64,000 bases of DNA from an uncultured Prevotella sp. (GCA_963511375.1 CAUPIT010000010.1:3073-67072); one strand, 5' to 3'; numbered from the stretch's first letter, positions 27,161 through 37,019 are shown. The notes: a model not told the origin generated them from the sequence alone. A program made the numbers and translations.

Positions 27161-28120
27161 ATGGGTATTTTTGGTCTGTTCAATAAGAAGAAAAAAGAAA
27201 CGCTGGATCAGGGTCTGGAGAAAACCAAACAGAGTGTGTTCTCAAAGTTGTCACGTGCGGTTGCTGGTAAGTCTAAGGTGGATGACGAGGTGTTGGATAA
27301 CTTGGAAGAGGTGCTCGTCACATCGGATGTCGGTGTTGACACAACGCTGAAAATCATTGAACGTATCGAGCAAAGGGTGGCACGCGACAAGTATGTGTCA
27401 ACTGCTGAACTCAATTCTATCTTGCGCGATGAGATTGCGGCCTTATTGGCTGAAAACAACACCGAGGATCACGAGAACTGGGACTTACCTGCCGACCATC
27501 AGCCGTATGTTATCTTGGTCGTTGGTGTCAATGGAGTTGGCAAAACCACAACCATCGGCAAACTGGCTTATCAGTTTAAGGCATCGGGAAAGAAGGTATT
27601 CCTGGGTGCTGCCGACACCTATCGCGCAGCTGCCGTAGACCAAATCAAGATTTGGGGCGAAAGGGTAGGCGTTCCTGTGGTGAGTCAACAGATGGGAGCC
27701 GACCCGGCTTCGGTGGCGTTTGATACGCTGCAAAGTGCAAAGGCCAATGGGGCCGACGTGGTGTTGATTGATACGGCAGGTCGCTTGCACAACAAAGTGG
27801 GCTTGATGAACGAATTGAAGAAAATCAAAGATGTGATGAAAAAAGTGCTGCCTCAGGCTCCTGATGAGGTGTTGCTCGTCTTGGATGGCAGCACGGGACA
27901 AAACGCTTTTGAGCAAGCAAAGCAGTTCTCTGCCGTCACACAAATCACCTCACTGGCCATCACAAAATTGGATGGAACGGCGAAGGGGGGCGTGGTCATC
28001 GGTATCAGCGACCAACTGAAGGTGCCAGTGAAATATATCGGACTGGGTGAACAGATGGATGATTTGCAGCTGTTCAACAGACGAGAGTTTGTAGACAGTT
28101 TGTTCCAGCACGAATCATAA
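27161..28120 (+). CDS. ftsY: Signal recognition particle receptor FtsY
   Basis: The SRP-GTPase motifs are VVGVNGVGKTTTIGKLA, IDTAGRLHN and TKLDGTAKGG. Confidence 0.95.
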   Translation: MGIFGLFNKKKKETLDQGLEKTKQSVFSKLSRAVAGKSKVDDEVLDNLEEVLVTSDVGVDTTLKIIERIEQRVARDKYVSTAELNSILRDEIAALLAENNTEDHENWDLPADHQPYVILVVGVNGVGKTTTIGKLAYQFKASGKKVFLGAADTYRAAAVDQIKIWGERVGVPVVSQQMGADPASVAFDTLQSAKANGADVVLIDTAGRLHNKVGLMNELKKIKDVMKKVLPQAPDEVLLVLDGSTGQNAFEQAKQFSAVTQITSLAITKLDGTAKGGVVIGISDQLKVPVKYIGLGEQMDDLQLFNRREFVDSLFQHES

Positions 28121-28136
28121 CAGAAAGTCCATAATT

Positions 28137-29435
28137 TTGAAGAAGAATCAGATAGATATCATTACGATGGGCTGCTCAAAGAATCTCGTTGACAGCGAGA
28201 CGCTGATGAAGCAGTTTGAAGCGAATGGGTACGACTGCACGCACGACAGCGAACAACCTGATGGTGAGATTGCAGTAATCAATACATGCGGATTTATTGA
28301 AACAGCTAAAGAGGAGAGTATTAATACGATACTTCAATTTGTTGAAGCGAAGAAAGAAGGTCGTTTAAACAAACTTTTTGTCATGGGTTGCCTCAGTGAA
28401 CGCTATAAGAATGAGCTTGAAAAAGAGATTCCAGAGGTGGACAAATTCTATGGCAAGTTCAATTACAAGCAGCTGTTGGCTGATTTGGGAAAAGCTGAAA
28501 TCAAGGCTTGCAACGGTAAGCGACATCTCACGACACCCGCTCATTATGCATACATCAAAATAGCGGAGGGCTGTAATCGCCACTGTGCCTATTGTGCCAT
28601 TCCCCTCATAACCGGCAAGCATGTCAGCCGACCGAAAGACGAAATTCTGCAAGAGGTTTGTCACTTGGTGGCTGATGGGGTGAAAGAGTTTCAAATCATC
28701 GCCCAAGAGTTGACTTATTATGGGGTGGACCTTGATGGAAAACGACATATCGCTGACTTGATTAGTGAGATGGCTGACATGGAAGGGGTTGAGTGGATAC
28801 GCCTGCATTATGCCTATCCAAACCAGTTTCCACTTGAACTCTTGGACGTGATGAACGAGAAACAAAACGTCTGTAAGTATCTGGATATCGCGCTGCAGCA
28901 TATCTCCGACTCGGTACTTGAGCGCATGCACAGGCATGTGAACAAGCAGGAAACCATGGATTTGATTCGCACCATCCGAGAAAAGGTGCCAGGCATTCAT
29001 CTGCGCACCACGTTGATGGTTGGGTTTCCCGGCGAAACAGAGGATGATTTTCAGCAGTTGCTCGACTTTGTTCGATGGGCTCGATTTGAACGCATGGGTG
29101 CTTTTATGTATTCGGAAGAAGAGGGAACGTACGGTGCCAATCACTATGCGGACGACGTACCTGAAGATGTTAAGCAGCGAAGATTGGATGAGTTGATGGC
29201 GGTTCAGCAGGAAATCAGTGCCGAAATAGAGGCCGAAAAGATAGGTTCAACCATGAAAGTAATCATTGACAGGAAGGAAAACGACTATTTTATCGGGCGC
29301 TCGGAATTTTGTTCCCCAGAGGTCGATCCCGAAATATTAATACAAGGTGGACAGAAGGCCGTGCAGATAGGTTCTTTTTATCAAGTGAAGATCACTGATA
29401 CCGAAGAGTTTGATTTGTACGGCGAGATTGTCTAA
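28137..29435 (+). CDS. rimO: Ribosomal protein S12 methylthiotransferase RimO
   Basis: It has the MTTase N-domain (IITMGCSKN...INTCGF), the radical-SAM motif CNRHCAYC and a C-terminal TRAM domain. The start appears to be TTG. Confidence 0.9.
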   Translation: MKKNQIDIITMGCSKNLVDSETLMKQFEANGYDCTHDSEQPDGEIAVINTCGFIETAKEESINTILQFVEAKKEGRLNKLFVMGCLSERYKNELEKEIPEVDKFYGKFNYKQLLADLGKAEIKACNGKRHLTTPAHYAYIKIAEGCNRHCAYCAIPLITGKHVSRPKDEILQEVCHLVADGVKEFQIIAQELTYYGVDLDGKRHIADLISEMADMEGVEWIRLHYAYPNQFPLELLDVMNEKQNVCKYLDIALQHISDSVLERMHRHVNKQETMDLIRTIREKVPGIHLRTTLMVGFPGETEDDFQQLLDFVRWARFERMGAFMYSEEEGTYGANHYADDVPEDVKQRRLDELMAVQQEISAEIEAEKIGSTMKVIIDRKENDYFIGRSEFCSPEVDPEILIQGGQKAVQIGSFYQVKITDTEEFDLYGEIV

Positions 29436-29453
29436 ACATATACAGCAAGTTCC

Positions 29454-29741
29454 ATGAATAACAAAGAGTTTATTGCAGAATTGTCACGACGTGCAGGCTA
29501 TACGCAAGAACAGACGCAAAACTATGTCCGTACGCTCGTGGAAGAAATGACAAACATTCTTGGAGAGGGCGAATCGATTGCTATCCCTTCGTTCGGTACT
29601 TTTGAAGTGAAAAAGCGGATGGAACGCATCCTGACGAATCCTTCAACAGGCAAGAAGATGTTGGTTCCACCCAAATTGGTTCTTAGTTTCAGGCCCATGC
29701 CATCCGTCAAAGAACAGTTGAAGAAAGGAGGCGAATCATGA
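29454..29741 (+). CDS. hup: HU-family DNA-binding protein
   Basis: The 95-aa sequence is MNNKEFIAELS...IPSFGTFEVKKRMERILTNPSTGKKMLVPPK. Confidence 0.9.
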   Translation: MNNKEFIAELSRRAGYTQEQTQNYVRTLVEEMTNILGEGESIAIPSFGTFEVKKRMERILTNPSTGKKMLVPPKLVLSFRPMPSVKEQLKKGGES

Positions 29742-31114
29742 TAAAGATCACAGATTTGGCGAGCGTGTTGGAAGAACAGCACCAGCTATCGAAAAGTGAG
29801 GCCGAATTTTTTATCCCTTTACTCGTAGACGTGTTGATAACGGGGCTTAAAGCTGATAAACAAGTTAAGATTAAAGGACTTGGAACGTTCAAGGTGACAT
29901 CCGTGAATGCCCGTGAGAGTGTGGATGTGAACACGGGTGAACGCATCATCATTGAGGGGAGAGAGAAGATTTCTTTCACGCCCGAACCTGTCTTGAGAGA
30001 TAAGGTGAACAGTCCGTTTGAGCAGTTTGAGACGGTTACGGTGAGCGATGATGCCGATTTTTCAGAGATAGATGAACGTTATCAGCAACTCGAGGAACAA
30101 GAAAGTGCGGACAGCAGCGCACCTGTGGAGACCGTTCTGCCTGCGGAAGAAAAACAGGTTGAAGTTGAACCGCAGGACACTCTTCAAGAAAATCCATCAC
30201 CTGAACCATCACCTGAACCGGCATCTACTGTGAATGAAGAGGTGTTGAATGACGACGATGCAGAGCCTCTCTCTGACAATCTCATTGAAGATGGCGTGCG
30301 TGAGCAAGAAGTGATTGAGGTTACGCCCATTGAAGAGGCTCCTGTGGTTGATGACCAACCAATCCAGGAAGAGGGAAATGTCACAGAAACAACTGACAAT
30401 ATATCGCAATCATCCATGAAGGAAAACGAAGAAAAAGAATCACTTGAGTTAGCCGAACTGAATGAATTGAATGAAAAAAATCAACAGTTGCGTGCCAATT
30501 TGGCTCGAACTCAGCGAAATCAAAAGATACTGATTGGTGCCGTATGTGCTTTGCTGTTAGTGGCATGTCTTGGCGTTTATTATATCGGTAAGCAGTTTGC
30601 GGTTCGTGATAACAGAATAGAGCATTTGATGGCAGAGCTGGATGCTGTTAAACAAGCTGCGCAAGTGAAGGAAAACGTGGCTGGCGTTCAAGGCGAATCG
30701 GCTTCTGAAAATGCGCCGATAGACAGTGAGGGACAGGAAAATACGTCAGCTGTCGATCGGAGTGAACAGTCAACAGAACAGTCTGACAATGGGGTTCAAG
30801 ATGAGAAACAAGAGAAGGATGCAGCTGCCAAGGTGGCATCTGAGAGCGCCAAGCGTGACCAGTCACATCAGAACAGCCAAACAATGGACTCAAAATATGA
30901 TTCGGATCCGAGGGTTAGAACGGGCGCCTATGTCATAACGGGTGTGGCACAAACGGTCACGGTGCGTAAAGGACAGACCTTGACTTCTATCAGTAAAACT
31001 TACTTGGGGCCTGGCATGGAGTGCTACATGGAGGCTGTGAATGAAATGAAAGAAGTGAAGGAGGGTGACAAAGTTAAAATCCCGGCATTGAAATTAAAGA
31101 AAAAATCTAAATAA
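29738..31114 (+). CDS. HU-like domain, acidic linker, single TM helix and C-terminal LysM-like domain in one protein
   Basis: The N-terminus KIKGLGTFKVTSVNARESVDVNTGERIIIEGREKISFTP is an HU fold pattern. It is followed by a D/E/P-rich linker containing PSPEPSPEP, the TM segment ILIGAVCALLLVACLGVYYIG and a C-terminal LysM pattern (VTVRKGQTLTSISKTYLG...VKEGDKVKIP). An ATGA overlap links it to hup. Confidence 0.7.
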   Translation: MIKITDLASVLEEQHQLSKSEAEFFIPLLVDVLITGLKADKQVKIKGLGTFKVTSVNARESVDVNTGERIIIEGREKISFTPEPVLRDKVNSPFEQFETVTVSDDADFSEIDERYQQLEEQESADSSAPVETVLPAEEKQVEVEPQDTLQENPSPEPSPEPASTVNEEVLNDDDAEPLSDNLIEDGVREQEVIEVTPIEEAPVVDDQPIQEEGNVTETTDNISQSSMKENEEKESLELAELNELNEKNQQLRANLARTQRNQKILIGAVCALLLVACLGVYYIGKQFAVRDNRIEHLMAELDAVKQAAQVKENVAGVQGESASENAPIDSEGQENTSAVDRSEQSTEQSDNGVQDEKQEKDAAAKVASESAKRDQSHQNSQTMDSKYDSDPRVRTGAYVITGVAQTVTVRKGQTLTSISKTYLGPGMECYMEAVNEMKEVKEGDKVKIPALKLKKKSK

Positions 31115-31136
31115 TTTAGCTTAATCATAACTGCCA

Positions 31137-31301
31137 ATGAGGAAACAAGCAGGCGTAATCATCACATTACTTTGTGTGTTGTCTGTTTTTGTAGGATGTT
31201 CAAGAGTGAGCAGAAAATTGCTTAATGATGAAACACCAGTTCGCAAATCTTGGGATAAAAAGCCTGCGTTCATTAGGTTTGTGAAAGTAATGTGTAAGTA
31301 A
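31137..31301 (+). CDS. Candidate 54-aa lipoprotein (below the ORF-track size cutoff)
   Basis: My translation is MRKQAGVIITLLCVLSVFVGCSRVSRKLLNDETPVRKSWDKKPAFIRFVKVMCK. It has a signal peptide with the lipobox FVGC. It starts 23 nt after the upstream stop and is followed by a strong hairpin. Confidence 0.35.
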   Translation: MRKQAGVIITLLCVLSVFVGCSRVSRKLLNDETPVRKSWDKKPAFIRFVKVMCK

Positions 31302-31308
31302 GCGACGT

Positions 31309-31371
31309 GAAAGAAAGTTTGTTTTAGGACGGTAATAGGTTGCTATCGTTTGACTAAACAAACTTTCTTTC
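31309..31371. terminator. Bidirectional stem-loop between convergent genes
   Basis: GAAAGAAAGTTTGTTT (31309-31324) pairs perfectly over 16 bp with AAACAAACTTTCTTTC (31356-31371). Confidence 0.55.
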
Positions 31372-31436
31372 ATCATTTATGTACACTCATGTCACCTTCA
31401 ATGATGGACGTTATTTGGTTTGTAGGATACTTCTTT

Positions 31437-33395
31437 TTAGTTTCGACGTTTGTTTTTCCCCCTTTTTCGTTTGTTCGAAAAGTTTGGATTGTAAGAAGCA
31501 GGGCGTTTGTGGCTTGTTCTTTGCGAGCTTGCTTCATCTTTTCGGGAAGATGTTTTTGGGGGCTTTGGTGCATGAGAGAAAAGCTGTTCGATGAGTTCAG
31601 GCCTGCCTATCTTTCTCAACTCTCTTTCAATGCTCTTTCTTTCCTCGGGTTTGTACCAAAAGAAAAATTGTCGTTGGGTAAGCTTTTCATTTGGTGTTTT
31701 GGCACAGTAAACGGGTTCTAACGTATAAGGGTCGTATCCCGTGTACCATGTTTCTGTGCTGACAGTCATGGGAGTAGGGGTGAAATCCTGCACCTGTTCA
31801 AGCTGAAAATTTAGTTTTTTGGTGATGATGGCGAGGTTTGCCATATCTTGTGCTTGACAACCGGGATGACTGCTGATGAAATAGGGGATGAGTTGCTGCT
31901 TTAAATTTTCTTCTTTGTTGATTTTGTCAAAGATGACTTTAAACTGTTTGAACAGCTTGAATGAAGGCTTGCGCATCAAGTTCAAAACACTATCTGACGT
32001 GTGTTCTGGCGCTACTTTCAAGCGACCACTCACATGGTTCTTAATCAGTTCCTTGGTATATTCTTGTGCTGCGGTGTTCGTCGCTTCATCCTTGCTCGTG
32101 TGCAACAGCAAGTCATACCGAACACCGCTGCTGACAAAACTCTTTTTTATGCCGGGAATAGCATCGACAGAACGATAGATATCCAGTAGTTTACTGTGGT
32201 CGGTGTTGAGATTAGGGCAGATTTTTGGGTGAATGCAGGATGGGCGTTTGCAGTGTTCGCAAGCCAGATGGTTCTTTCCTGCCATGCCATACATGTTAGC
32301 TGACGGCCCTCCAAGATCAGAAAGATACCCCTTGAAGTCTGGCATGTCAATCACCTGTTTTACTTCTCTCAAGATGCTTTCTTTCGAACGACAAGTGACA
32401 AACTTCCCTTGATGAGCCGATATCGTACAGAAAGCGCAACCGCCAAAACAGCCTTGGTGAATGTTTATCGAGAATTTTATCATCTCGTAAGCAGGAATAC
32501 GTTTACCCTTATATTTGAGATGTGGTACGCGCGTATAGGGCAAATCATAATAAGCATCGACCTCTTCAGTGGACAAAGTTGGAAAGGGGGGATTGACTAC
32601 CACATATTTGTTGTCCACGGCCTGAATTAATCTTTGTGCGTGTATCTTGTTGGACTCTTCTTCTATATGCCTGAAATTATCGGCTTGCAGTCGTTTTTCT
32701 CTCAAGCATTCCTTGTGACTATGAAGGATGATGTCGTCGTCTTTGATGCCCCCATCGATTTCTTCTTTTTGAGTTAGATATACAGTCTGTGGAATATCGT
32801 GAATCTGTTGGATGGGTTCACCGGCTGCTATCCTTTGACATAAGCATAGAACAGACTTCGCTCCCATGCCGTATAGAATCATGTCGGCACCCGAATCACA
32901 TAGAATACATTTGCGAAGAGCGTCTTGCCAATAGTCATAGTGCGTAAGACGTCTCATGGAAGCCTCAATGCCTCCCAATACAATGGGTGTGTCAGGGTAT
33001 AATTGACGTAGAATCTTTGAATAAACAACGGTTGGATATTCAGGACGACAATCGTGTCTTCCGTCAGGACTGTAGGCATCTTCCTTGCGCAATCTCTTGT
33101 TGGCAGTGTACTTGTTTACCATCGAATCCATACAACCTGGTGAGATTCCGAAGAACAACCTCGGCTTTCCCAGCTTCTTAAAGTCGCGATAGTCGCCATG
33201 CCAATCAGGCTGAGGAACGATGGCAACCCTGTATCCCGCAGCTTCAAGTGAACGCCCTATGACGGCAACTCCAAAGGATGGATGGTCTACATAGGCATCT
33301 CCTGAAAACAAGATGACATCCAGTTCTTCCCAACCTCTTAACTTGCATTCCTTCTTAGTGGTTGGAAGAAAATCAGTAAGTTGATAATCTTTCAA
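31437..33395 (-). CDS. ygiQ: YgiQ-family (UPF0313) radical SAM protein
   Basis: It has an N-terminal LPTTKKECKLRGWEELDVILFSGDAYVDHPSFG region, the radical-SAM cluster CFGGCAFC and a basic C-terminal tail. Confidence 0.9.
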   Translation of the reverse strand: MKDYQLTDFLPTTKKECKLRGWEELDVILFSGDAYVDHPSFGVAVIGRSLEAAGYRVAIVPQPDWHGDYRDFKKLGKPRLFFGISPGCMDSMVNKYTANKRLRKEDAYSPDGRHDCRPEYPTVVYSKILRQLYPDTPIVLGGIEASMRRLTHYDYWQDALRKCILCDSGADMILYGMGAKSVLCLCQRIAAGEPIQQIHDIPQTVYLTQKEEIDGGIKDDDIILHSHKECLREKRLQADNFRHIEEESNKIHAQRLIQAVDNKYVVVNPPFPTLSTEEVDAYYDLPYTRVPHLKYKGKRIPAYEMIKFSINIHQGCFGGCAFCTISAHQGKFVTCRSKESILREVKQVIDMPDFKGYLSDLGGPSANMYGMAGKNHLACEHCKRPSCIHPKICPNLNTDHSKLLDIYRSVDAIPGIKKSFVSSGVRYDLLLHTSKDEATNTAAQEYTKELIKNHVSGRLKVAPEHTSDSVLNLMRKPSFKLFKQFKVIFDKINKEENLKQQLIPYFISSHPGCQAQDMANLAIITKKLNFQLEQVQDFTPTPMTVSTETWYTGYDPYTLEPVYCAKTPNEKLTQRQFFFWYKPEERKSIERELRKIGRPELIEQLFSHAPKPPKTSSRKDEASSQRTSHKRPASYNPNFSNKRKRGKNKRRN

Positions 33396-33413
33396 ATGAG
33401 TGTTGTCTTTATT

Positions 33414-33749
33414 TTAGTCCTCACGACTCGTGATACATTCTTTATCTTTAGTCTGTTTGTTTGTCCAGTCTACATACAGTTTCACCAATTGGTTGAGGCC
33501 AAATGCCTTCATGTTGGCGTGGTAGATGACGTCAAGGCAAAGATCCAGCAGGGCTTTGTCATGATTTGCTTCTGATTCTAACAGGGATCTGACATTCAGT
33601 TTTAGCTTATTCAGTATATCTTCATCAATGATGCCCGTGCTATCAACCAGGTTTTCGAATAAAGCATATTTCTGAATACTGGCCAGATGTTCGTCCGAAA
33701 CTTCGATACATCTGGTGCCTGATGGGTTGGATTGGATTTTATAGTTCAT
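33414..33749 (-). CDS. Hypothetical protein, 111 aa
   Basis: It lies 18 nt upstream of ygiQ on the same strand. No motif was recognised. Confidence 0.5.
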   Translation of the reverse strand: MNYKIQSNPSGTRCIEVSDEHLASIQKYALFENLVDSTGIIDEDILNKLKLNVRSLLESEANHDKALLDLCLDVIYHANMKAFGLNQLVKLYVDWTNKQTKDKECITSRED

Positions 33750-33845
33750 ATCTTCTACTATTATATAAGTGGTTGTTTATGTCAATCAAACTGCAATTTT
33801 TATGCTCTTGTAGTACTTCCATAAGCTGCTGGGCGAGCCTGTCCG

Positions 33846-36446
33846 TTATTCAAGCAAATAGTTTAATATTCCCCGCATCAGCAGTTCTTTATTCTTTTGA
33901 TCGATGATGCATTCAAAAGGGAAACCCATGGTGAAGCATCTATAATGGTTGTCCTTGTATGCAACCGCGGCACTGGTACCATTAGCATATTGCATGACAC
34001 ACATAGCATTTGGATTGGGAGAAAGAACTTCGGGCCATTGTGCGGCATAATGGTCTTCATTAGGCGTTTGGTAGAATGTCATGTTCATGCCCAGGCCATG
34101 TACAGCATTAGAGAAAACAATACTATCGCTGGGCGTATAGGATAGTTTCAGAACGTTGTTGAGAAACGATCTTTCGGTTTCAAAGGTCATATCCGAGCCA
34201 ATATACGATCCGCTAACCATGATTGCTCCACCATGATTGGCATAGTCTGTCAACAGCGTTTGCATCTGAGGGGTGAACGATTTGTAGTATTTTACAGCGT
34301 ACGGTTCATATTTTTCCAAACCTAATATCAGGTCAATGCACGGATATTTGGTCAGTTTTACTTCGCCAGACCATACTGCTTGGCTGGATGAACTCGCCAC
34401 ATTGTACTTTTTAGAACTAGCAATGGCGGCCGTATGGTCTACTACATAATCGAAAGTATTGCCTGCAATGAATTGTCCGGCCAGTTCATTGCCTCCATAT
34501 CCCAAACCTGTTTCTGTTAAACTGCCCATGCGTGTTTTGTCAAAAGCCGTTTGATATCCTGCCCATCCCGCAGTCTTTCCGTACGCAACCCCAATATCCG
34601 CATGGAGGTCAAAGCCTTGTTGAAGCTCATCATCGATTACCTTGGGCGCCGCAAGACGATTGAATCCGTTGACAACCAGTACCGTTTGAGTGGCTAAAGG
34701 TGAATAGTATGCCGACAAAGTTTCTGTGGGAAAACTCTCTCCACCTTTGTTACAAGCCGTTATCTTAAAGTTGTATTGCACATCAGGTTCAAGTTCTATG
34801 GAATAAGATGTTCTGCTGATGTTCTTTCCATTGTCAAATCCACTCGTTCCTGTCGCCATGTATACGTTGTACGATGACGGTATAGCCGTGTCTTCTTTGG
34901 GGTCAGTCTGTGGCGACCATGACAGTTTAACCTTGTTCTTGGATATAAACTCGATGCGGAAATCTTGTGGTGCCAAAGGTTGAACAACATACGATTTTCC
35001 GTGCTGTCGATTGATATATCTTAATATGGTCTTATAGATTGAACGGGCAAAGCTGAACTTAAAGTTAGGATCTTGACCCAGTATCATGTCGGGGAAGTTC
35101 TGATGAGACATGGTTTCCAGTATCGCAGAGGGGATTTCCGGCACACGCGTTTCCGAATAGTTTCTGTCCCAAAGGTATCTCTTGGGCCAAGATCTTTGGT
35201 TGATGCTCAGGTCTCTGACTGCATTTTGTAGTAAGTCATTGGCAAAGTCCTTTGAGGTCATTCTCGAAATCCCCGCATTCAAGCGTCCGTCATTGAAGTT
35301 CGTCGTGCAAATAGCCAAAGAACCAATGAGCGATTTTCCATCTGCACTATATCCTGCATCACTGTGAACAGCCAATGCCAACTCAAGGGGAACCCTTAGT
35401 CCTGGCAGTGATGGTACGAATACACTTCCGCCTGCGAGCCAATTTGTCATTTTGGATCGGGCGTTGATGTCATCGGAATAGTCGTCTTGAACGCCTTTTC
35501 CTCCGTAGACACTGTAGGGTGCACCAGCCCATTGTGCATAATATCGCGAACCTTCAAGCGTCCGTGGCAGGCCGCTGATGCTGCCTCCGCGTTGAATGTT
35601 ACCCATTCCACCACCGAATCTAACGGCGTCTGTCGTAACGAAGCGTCTTTTTTTCTTCGAGCGATTTGTCACCACTACTCGGTTAAACTGATTACTCCCA
35701 GCGTCAAAATCAAAGGTCCCAAGGTAAACCCAAGTGCCGCCTCCCATCTGTTGGTTGACCCTAAAAGTGGTTTCCTGCCCCTTATGATAGACGATGTATT
35801 CGGCATCATCCACACTTTTGTCTACTGTTTGATAACTCACATATACGGCATATCTTCCGGCTTGAGGTAGATTAGGCTGATAAGATACCAAGCTTGGATG
35901 TTTGCTTTTGGTTGATCGAGCCATTCTCGCACTACCTTGCTGAAAGGGATTATCGCCGTCATTGTAGATGGTTTTTGTACTTGCAAAGCCTTTTGTATTA
36001 GCTCGTTCCCAGTTTCCATGAACGTTTATCTCGAGATAGGATGTTCCTTTGTTTGGGTCGTCGTTATCAATGATGACCTCATGTTTTTGCCAATCTCTCT
36101 CTCGGGGTGTAAACACACAGGCTCCGGCACGCTCGAGCATTGGAATAAGGTAGGGGATGACAATGGTCTGAGTGAACAAATCTTCGGTGGTTCCAAATAG
36201 ATTTGGCCGCTGCCATTTCCACTTAAATTTATTCTGATCGTAATAGTAGCCATGGCTTGCCCATACAGATATATGCCTATTCTTCAGTCCTTTGCTAATC
36301 TTGTTGGTCTTCGATGTGTTCGTTACCCACGGTTTATCCCGATGGTCAATATCACCCCATGCCCGTGTGAAGGTACTGTTGTACTGAGCTGATAGGTGGA
36401 GTGACAGGCTCACGCAGTACAGAAATAAAACTGTGCGTAACCTCAT
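33846..36446 (-). CDS. Large secreted multidomain protein with a possible amidase_3-like segment and a fibronectin-III-like domain
   Basis: It has the signal peptide MRLRTVLFLYCVSLSLHLSA. LAVHSDAG resembles the SxHxNA motif of MurNAc-L-Ala amidases, and PQDFRIEFISKNKVKLSWSP is an FN3 pattern. The functional call is weak. Confidence 0.45.
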   Translation of the reverse strand: MRLRTVLFLYCVSLSLHLSAQYNSTFTRAWGDIDHRDKPWVTNTSKTNKISKGLKNRHISVWASHGYYYDQNKFKWKWQRPNLFGTTEDLFTQTIVIPYLIPMLERAGACVFTPRERDWQKHEVIIDNDDPNKGTSYLEINVHGNWERANTKGFASTKTIYNDGDNPFQQGSARMARSTKSKHPSLVSYQPNLPQAGRYAVYVSYQTVDKSVDDAEYIVYHKGQETTFRVNQQMGGGTWVYLGTFDFDAGSNQFNRVVVTNRSKKKRRFVTTDAVRFGGGMGNIQRGGSISGLPRTLEGSRYYAQWAGAPYSVYGGKGVQDDYSDDINARSKMTNWLAGGSVFVPSLPGLRVPLELALAVHSDAGYSADGKSLIGSLAICTTNFNDGRLNAGISRMTSKDFANDLLQNAVRDLSINQRSWPKRYLWDRNYSETRVPEIPSAILETMSHQNFPDMILGQDPNFKFSFARSIYKTILRYINRQHGKSYVVQPLAPQDFRIEFISKNKVKLSWSPQTDPKEDTAIPSSYNVYMATGTSGFDNGKNISRTSYSIELEPDVQYNFKITACNKGGESFPTETLSAYYSPLATQTVLVVNGFNRLAAPKVIDDELQQGFDLHADIGVAYGKTAGWAGYQTAFDKTRMGSLTETGLGYGGNELAGQFIAGNTFDYVVDHTAAIASSKKYNVASSSSQAVWSGEVKLTKYPCIDLILGLEKYEPYAVKYYKSFTPQMQTLLTDYANHGGAIMVSGSYIGSDMTFETERSFLNNVLKLSYTPSDSIVFSNAVHGLGMNMTFYQTPNEDHYAAQWPEVLSPNPNAMCVMQYANGTSAAVAYKDNHYRCFTMGFPFECIIDQKNKELLMRGILNYLLE

Positions 36447-37003
36447 TGGGCAATTTCTCCTATTGAAAATTTCTCGGGATGTTTGCCTTGCATGCCATTA
36501 AAATATAGTTTTACCTCTTTCATCTCCTCGTCTACATTTCCTGTGGGAACAATTTTTTTCGTACATTTTATCGTCTTGTTCTGATAGTCAAGACCATACA
36601 AGAGGATGGGTATGTTTGCTTTCAGAGCAATATAATAGAATCCCATCTTCCAATCTGGATTCAGAGATCGTGTTCCCTCGGGTGTGATACAAAGTTGAAA
36701 AGTTTTCTCCTTTTGAGCGAAGGTCGCAAGGTTGTCTGTCATGCTCGTATGTTTTGAACGCCAAACGGGTATTCCCCCCATAGCTTTCAAAAGGGGTTTG
36801 AGGGGACCTACAAACCACTCTTTCTTCATCAGAAAGTTTGATTTCATGCCCTCAGCGTGCATATATAGCAGACCGATGATGAAATCCCAGTTGCTGGTGT
36901 GTGGGGCAAGACAGATAATGTATTTATCGGGATGGTCAACAGTTACGACTTTTGTCCATCCCATGCAACTATATAATAGCCATCTACACAAACGATTTAG
37001 CAT
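36443..37003 (-). CDS. 1-acyl-sn-glycerol-3-phosphate acyltransferase family (PlsC-like) protein
   Basis: The HxxxxD motif HTSNWDF and the block ITPEGTRS are present. It overlaps the downstream gene by 4 bp. Confidence 0.8.
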   Translation of the reverse strand: MLNRLCRWLLYSCMGWTKVVTVDHPDKYIICLAPHTSNWDFIIGLLYMHAEGMKSNFLMKKEWFVGPLKPLLKAMGGIPVWRSKHTSMTDNLATFAQKEKTFQLCITPEGTRSLNPDWKMGFYYIALKANIPILLYGLDYQNKTIKCTKKIVPTGNVDEEMKEVKLYFNGMQGKHPEKFSIGEIAQ

Positions 37004-37019
37004 ATACGCTTCGGTTTTT

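Noticed and set aside
28365-29144. A 259-aa ORF on the minus strand inside rimO
   Set aside because: It lies antisense to a CDS with radical-SAM and TRAM motifs. No motif was recognised. Such stop-poor reverse frames are typical of these genes.
31350-31721. A 123-aa plus-strand ORF overlapping the ygiQ 3-prime end and the terminator hairpin
   Set aside because: It starts inside the bidirectional hairpin and overlaps the conserved basic tail of YgiQ. No supporting signals were found.
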